DNA of 64,000 nt from Clostridiales bacterium PH28_bin88 (GTDB lineage: Bacteria > Bacillota > PH28-bin88). Shown here piece after piece: positions 59,847 through 64,000 of the stretch. The stretch is from NCBI GenBank assembly GCA_000987045.1, contig LAKY01000054.1, forward strand, positions 14,098 through 78,097. Reading direction: 5' to 3'. The notes beneath the pieces are model-generated. The model saw nothing but the letters and a program-made list of their open reading frames with translations, made no database searches and was not told where the DNA came from. The translations under genes were made by a program, and so were the position numbers. How positions within the stretch are numbered: position 1 is the stretch's first letter; each line of letters starts with the position of its first letter.

Positions 59847-62222
59847 ATGGTAATTAGTGAGCGAGTGCTCTTAAAATTGGAACTGGATAAGGTGCTGCAG
59901 CGGTTGAAAGAATGCTGCACCTGTGCACTGGGCCAGGAACTGGCGTTGGGACTGCAGCCATGCGCTGAAATTGACGAGGTGCGCCAGTGGCTGCGGGAGA
60001 CCAGCGAGGCGAGAACAATCTGGCGCCTGCATCCGATCATCCCGTTGGGGGGAATCCGGGACATCCGGCATGCCATCGACCGTGCCCATATCGGTGGCAG
60101 GTTGGAACCGGTGGACCTCCTGGCTATTTTGGATACCGCTGCTGCTGCCCGGAGGCTACGGGGTTTTTGTATTGGCCTGGAGGGAGACTATCCCCTGGTC
60201 AAGGGGATGGCGGGAGACCTGGGCCTGTTCCGGAACCTGGAACAAGAGATCAGGCAGGCCATTAACGATGATGGTTCGATAGCGGACCATGCCTCCGCCG
60301 AACTGGCTCACCTTAGAAAACAGGTGCGCACCCTGCAGGAGAGGGTAAAAGTGAAGCTGGAGAGCATTATTCGCTCTCCTGACAACCAGAAAATGTTGCA
60401 AGATGCCCTGGTGACTGTGCGAGGAGACCGGTACGTGGTCCCTGTCAAACTGGAGTACCGATCACAGTTCCCGGGGCTGGTTCATGATCAGTCCGCCAGC
60501 GGCGCAACCGTGTTTATCGAACCCATGGCAGTGGTGGAACTCAACAATGAACTGCGCCGCACCCTGGCTGCCGAACAGCGGGAAGTGGAGCGGATCCTCC
60601 AGCACTTAACGGAGATGGTTTCCAGGGAGGCAGTTTGCTTAAAGGCCACGGTAGAGGCGCTGGGCAAGCTGGATCTGGTTTTTGCCAAAGGCAGGTTTAG
60701 TCAACAGGTGGATGGCGTGGAACCCATCCTCAACGACCAGGGGCGCCTCCGCATCTACCGGGGGCGACACCCCCTTTTAAGCGGTGCGGTGGTGCCCATC
60801 ACCGTAAACCTTGGCCGGGAGTATGATACCCTGGTAATCACCGGCCCCAATACCGGAGGGAAAACGGTTACCCTGAAGACGATAGGTCTCTTTACTCTGA
60901 TGGCTCAGTGCGGGCTTCACGTGCCGGCTGACGTTGGGAGTGAACTGGCGATTTTCTGGCAGGTTTTTGCCGATATTGGGGATGAACAAAGCATCGAACA
61001 GTCCCTGAGTACCTTCTCTTCCCATATGACCAATATCATAGGGGTGGTTGGACGGGTGGATGACCGTTCCCTGGTGCTCCTGGACGAATTGGGGGCGGGG
61101 ACCGACCCCACCGAGGGAGCGGCGTTGGCCACGGCAATTCTGGACCATTTACGACACCGGGGGGCCAAAACGGTGGCAACTACCCACTATGGGCAGTTGA
61201 AGGCCTATGCCTACACTACTCCGGGGGTGGAAAACGCCAGTGTGGAGTTTGATGTGGAGACCCTGCGGCCTACCTACCGTTTGCAGGTAGGCCTGCCCGG
61301 CCGGAGCAACGCCCTTGAAATCGCCGCCCGCCTGGGCCTGCCCGCGGAAATTATCGCGCAAGCCAGGGCTGCACTTTCTTCTGAAGAAGTGGAAGTTGCT
61401 GAGTTGATCCAGCACCTTACTGAGACTCAACGGCAGGCGGAAGCTGACCGACAGGAAGCCGCCCGGTTAAGGCAAGAGGTGGAGCAACTTAAGGGGACAC
61501 TGCAGCAGGAGCGGGCAGACCTCCGGGAACGGGAACGGGAGATTCTACAAAAGGCCAGGGAGGAAGCGGCTGGTATTGTCAGGAAGGCCCGCAGCGAAAG
61601 TGAGCGGGTAGTGGCTGAACTGCGTGCTACCATGGCGAGGGAGGCTCAGCGAGCCCAGGAGGAGGCGACCCGCATCGCCAGGGAAGGGCTCAAACAGTTA
61701 GAGGCGGAAATTGCGGAGGTAGTCCCTTCCCTGGCGGCACCAGGCGGGCCCGTATTAACTTCCGTCCGCCCGGGAGATCTGGTGGAGATCCCGAGACTGA
61801 ACCTCCAGGCAAGTGTCCTCAGCGAACCTAACGCCCAGGGTGAGTTGCTGGTGCAGGCGGGTATTATGAAGGTCAACGTGCGGATGGACGAAATCCGGCT
61901 TGCTACCCGACCGGCCCGCCGGGAAGAAATCCGGGTAGGGAGCGGCCGGTTGGGAGTTGCCAAATCACAACAGGTTGCCGCGGAAATTGACCTGCGGGGG
62001 TTGACAGTAGAAGAGGCGATGCATCAGGTCGATAAGTATCTGGATGACGCTTTCCTTGCGGGATTGGCCCGTGTGTCCCTGATCCACGGAAAGGGTACCG
62101 GTGCGTTAAGGGTAGCAATCAAGGATTACCTGACAAGCCATCCTCAGGTTCAGTCTTTCCGCCTGGGGGTCCACGGGGAAGGCGGCACCGGAGTGACGGT
62201 GGTGGACCTTAGCGCGAGTTAA
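59847..62222 (+). CDS. mutS2: Endonuclease MutS2
   Basis: TGPNTGGKT, SLSTFSSH, DELGAGTDP, Smr domain IHGKGTG. Confidence 0.96.
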   Translation: MVISERVLLKLELDKVLQRLKECCTCALGQELALGLQPCAEIDEVRQWLRETSEARTIWRLHPIIPLGGIRDIRHAIDRAHIGGRLEPVDLLAILDTAAAARRLRGFCIGLEGDYPLVKGMAGDLGLFRNLEQEIRQAINDDGSIADHASAELAHLRKQVRTLQERVKVKLESIIRSPDNQKMLQDALVTVRGDRYVVPVKLEYRSQFPGLVHDQSASGATVFIEPMAVVELNNELRRTLAAEQREVERILQHLTEMVSREAVCLKATVEALGKLDLVFAKGRFSQQVDGVEPILNDQGRLRIYRGRHPLLSGAVVPITVNLGREYDTLVITGPNTGGKTVTLKTIGLFTLMAQCGLHVPADVGSELAIFWQVFADIGDEQSIEQSLSTFSSHMTNIIGVVGRVDDRSLVLLDELGAGTDPTEGAALATAILDHLRHRGAKTVATTHYGQLKAYAYTTPGVENASVEFDVETLRPTYRLQVGLPGRSNALEIAARLGLPAEIIAQARAALSSEEVEVAELIQHLTETQRQAEADRQEAARLRQEVEQLKGTLQQERADLREREREILQKAREEAAGIVRKARSESERVVAELRATMAREAQRAQEEATRIAREGLKQLEAEIAEVVPSLAAPGGPVLTSVRPGDLVEIPRLNLQASVLSEPNAQGELLVQAGIMKVNVRMDEIRLATRPARREEIRVGSGRLGVAKSQQVAAEIDLRGLTVEEAMHQVDKYLDDAFLAGLARVSLIHGKGTGALRVAIKDYLTSHPQVQSFRLGVHGEGGTGVTVVDLSAS

Positions 62223-62236
62223 GTGGATTGACACAT

Positions 62237-62268
62237 AAGACCCAGGAGTGATGCTCCTGGGTCTTTGC
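62237..62268. terminator. Bidirectional terminator between mutS2 and PBP
   Basis: AAGACCCAGGAG-TGATG-CTCCTGGGTCTT. Confidence 0.75.
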
Positions 62269-64000
62269 TTATGGTTTAACGGTTATAGTGATTTCATTGG
62301 AAGGGGTGCTCAGGTTAGCCTTGGAATCTATGGCAAAAATGCGGTAATGGTAAGTTTTATTGGCCTCTACTTTTTCGTCCGCGTAATTACGGGTAGTGGT
62401 TAGCGCCAAGTTGTAGCGAGTAGGATTGCCTTCTACCCAGCGTTCCACCGAGTACACCAGATCACTTCCCGTAGCGGGAATTTCCCAGGCCAGGTTCACC
62501 ACCATTCCGTTGGTAGTCTCTGGGATCCGGCCCAATGAACCGCGCAGCACCGGTGCTGGAGGCGCCTTCAACCCACCGTTCTGCTCTTTCCCACCACCTC
62601 CGTTGTTATTAACCGGAGGCGGGATATCAACCGGGTTTGTCACCGGCTCGTCGCTTTGGCGCTCCGGCAGATCCCCAGGTCCGTGAATGGTGCATACCTG
62701 AGTGGGAACCGCTATTGCCGCGTCATCGGGGGCTTTATCCCCTTCCCAGGCCGGCCGTTTCAGGAGTACCCTCGTCACAACATCAGGGCAGTAAGGCGAC
62801 GGTAGCTGGCCGGTCTCCGCACACACCTGGGTCTGCACCCAGACGTCTGAGACTTCCTGCGGTACTGTATCCTTGGTAAATGCCTCGCTAACTATGAATT
62901 CCGGCGGAGTCAACTCGCTGGGCAACAGGCCGGACTTGACATCCACCGAAGCGTAGACTATACCCTTTGGCTGTGGGAAGGTAGTGACAGGAACACCCTT
63001 CAAGGCTTCGCTCATCACTGCTTTCCAAATCAGCGCCGGGTAGTTGCCACCTGCAACATTGTTGGGAAGGTAATGGTTCTCATCAGTTTTGTCGTAACCC
63101 AAATAGACAGCCCCTACCAGTTCGGGGGTATATCCCAAAAACCAAGCGTTGGTGGTCCCCTTCAGACCTTTTGCGGCCAATTTTGGGGGTAGTTGGGTGG
63201 TACCGGTCTTACCAGCCACCGGCCGATCCAGTTTGGCCCGCCAACCGGTGCCGTCGCCAGCCACCACCGTTTGCAGCATGTCGGTAATCAAAAATGCCGT
63301 CTGCTCGCTCATGACCACTTCCTGGCGAGGTTTAACCTCAACCAGGACTTTCCCGTTATGGTCAGTGATTTTGGTAATGGCGTGGGGCTGTACCAATACT
63401 CCCTGGTTGGCAAAGGCACCGTAAGCTGACGCCATCTCCAACGGGGAAACCCCCTTGGTCAGCCCGCCCAGAGCCATGCTCAGGTTTTTGTCTTCTGCAA
63501 TCAGGGGCAGTCCCAACCTCTTGGCGAACTGGAATCCCTCGTTAACCCCTATCATGTCCAGCATCCTGACCGCGGGGATGTTGACTGACCACTTGATCGC
63601 CTCCCGCATGGTGATCAGCCCCCGGAACTTGCCATCGTAGTTTTTTGGTGCATATGGTGTGCTGCCGGGATTGGGATAGGTCACCGGGGAGTCATCCAGC
63701 ACTGTTGCCGTAGTGAACCCCTTTTCCAGGGCTGGCCCGTAAACGGCGATTGGTTTAATGGAGGACCCAGGTTGCCGGTCGGCCTGTACCGCCCTGTTAA
63801 GGCCTTTCTGGGTTGTGTACTCTCGACCGCCTACCATGCCCCGGATCTCGCCGGTGCGGTGGTCAATGACAATCATGGCGCTTTCCAGCATACGGGTGCT
63901 GCCCGCCGATCCCTTGGGGAAATTCTCGGGGTTGTTGTAAACCTCCAGCATTTTCTGCTGGACCCGCTTATCCATGGTGGTATAGACTTTCAGTCCGCCG
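62269..64000 (-). CDS. Class A penicillin-binding protein (PBP1A-like), 5' end outside window, with C-terminal FN3-like domain
   Basis: SxxK (GSSIK), SVN, AGKTGT motifs. Confidence 0.9.
   Translation of the reverse strand, partial: GGLKVYTTMDKRVQQKMLEVYNNPENFPKGSAGSTRMLESAMIVIDHRTGEIRGMVGGREYTTQKGLNRAVQADRQPGSSIKPIAVYGPALEKGFTTATVLDDSPVTYPNPGSTPYAPKNYDGKFRGLITMREAIKWSVNIPAVRMLDMIGVNEGFQFAKRLGLPLIAEDKNLSMALGGLTKGVSPLEMASAYGAFANQGVLVQPHAITKITDHNGKVLVEVKPRQEVVMSEQTAFLITDMLQTVVAGDGTGWRAKLDRPVAGKTGTTQLPPKLAAKGLKGTTNAWFLGYTPELVGAVYLGYDKTDENHYLPNNVAGGNYPALIWKAVMSEALKGVPVTTFPQPKGIVYASVDVKSGLLPSELTPPEFIVSEAFTKDTVPQEVSDVWVQTQVCAETGQLPSPYCPDVVTRVLLKRPAWEGDKAPDDAAIAVPTQVCTIHGPGDLPERQSDEPVTNPVDIPPPVNNNGGGGKEQNGGLKAPPAPVLRGSLGRIPETTNGMVVNLAWEIPATGSDLVYSVERWVEGNPTRYNLALTTTRNYADEKVEANKTYHYRIFAIDSKANLSTPSNEITITVKP

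Noticed and set aside
1-64000. Genome-wide TAG reassignment
   Set aside because: Many genes with conserved C-termini (glnA x2, pheS, kce) end at TAG.

Overview
Chromosomal segment of a spore-forming anaerobic Firmicute (Clostridia/Peptococcaceae-like; inferred from gene content). 1-5.3 kb is an accessory zone: the end of a peptide-type ABC ATPase, a decayed IS4 element with an intact-looking IS1595 nested in its left end (both target duplications visible), a class III aminotransferase and an IS630 scrap. 8-16.5 kb is a putative beta-amino-acid catabolic cluster (TAXI-TRAP transporter, class III aminotransferase, BKACE/Kce, two-subunit CoA transferase, RpiR regulator), with SigH-like promoters. 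17.8-35.7 kb is a large nitrogen-assimilation region: asnB, a class V aminotransferase, two ANTAR response regulators, three glutamine synthetase paralogs (one with a degenerate active site) and split, archaeal-type glutamate synthase modules. Four leaders in it carry ANTAR-type AxxG hexaloop hairpins overlapping terminators. After that come lipA, tRNA-Val(GAC), Lrp/LysE, a truncated MEDS-PAS sensor, a hexaheme surface cytochrome and the conserved ytxC-thrS-infC-rpmI-rplT-pheST-zapA-polX-mutS2 block, then a partial class A PBP. Most notable: the ANTAR nitrogen regulon; MITE-like or heptamer-repeat hairpins inside three structured leader RNAs (thrS T-box, L20 leader, pheS T-box); the beta-amino-acid pathway; and a single in-frame TAG in a U32 gene. 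All calls were made by eye, with no database searches.
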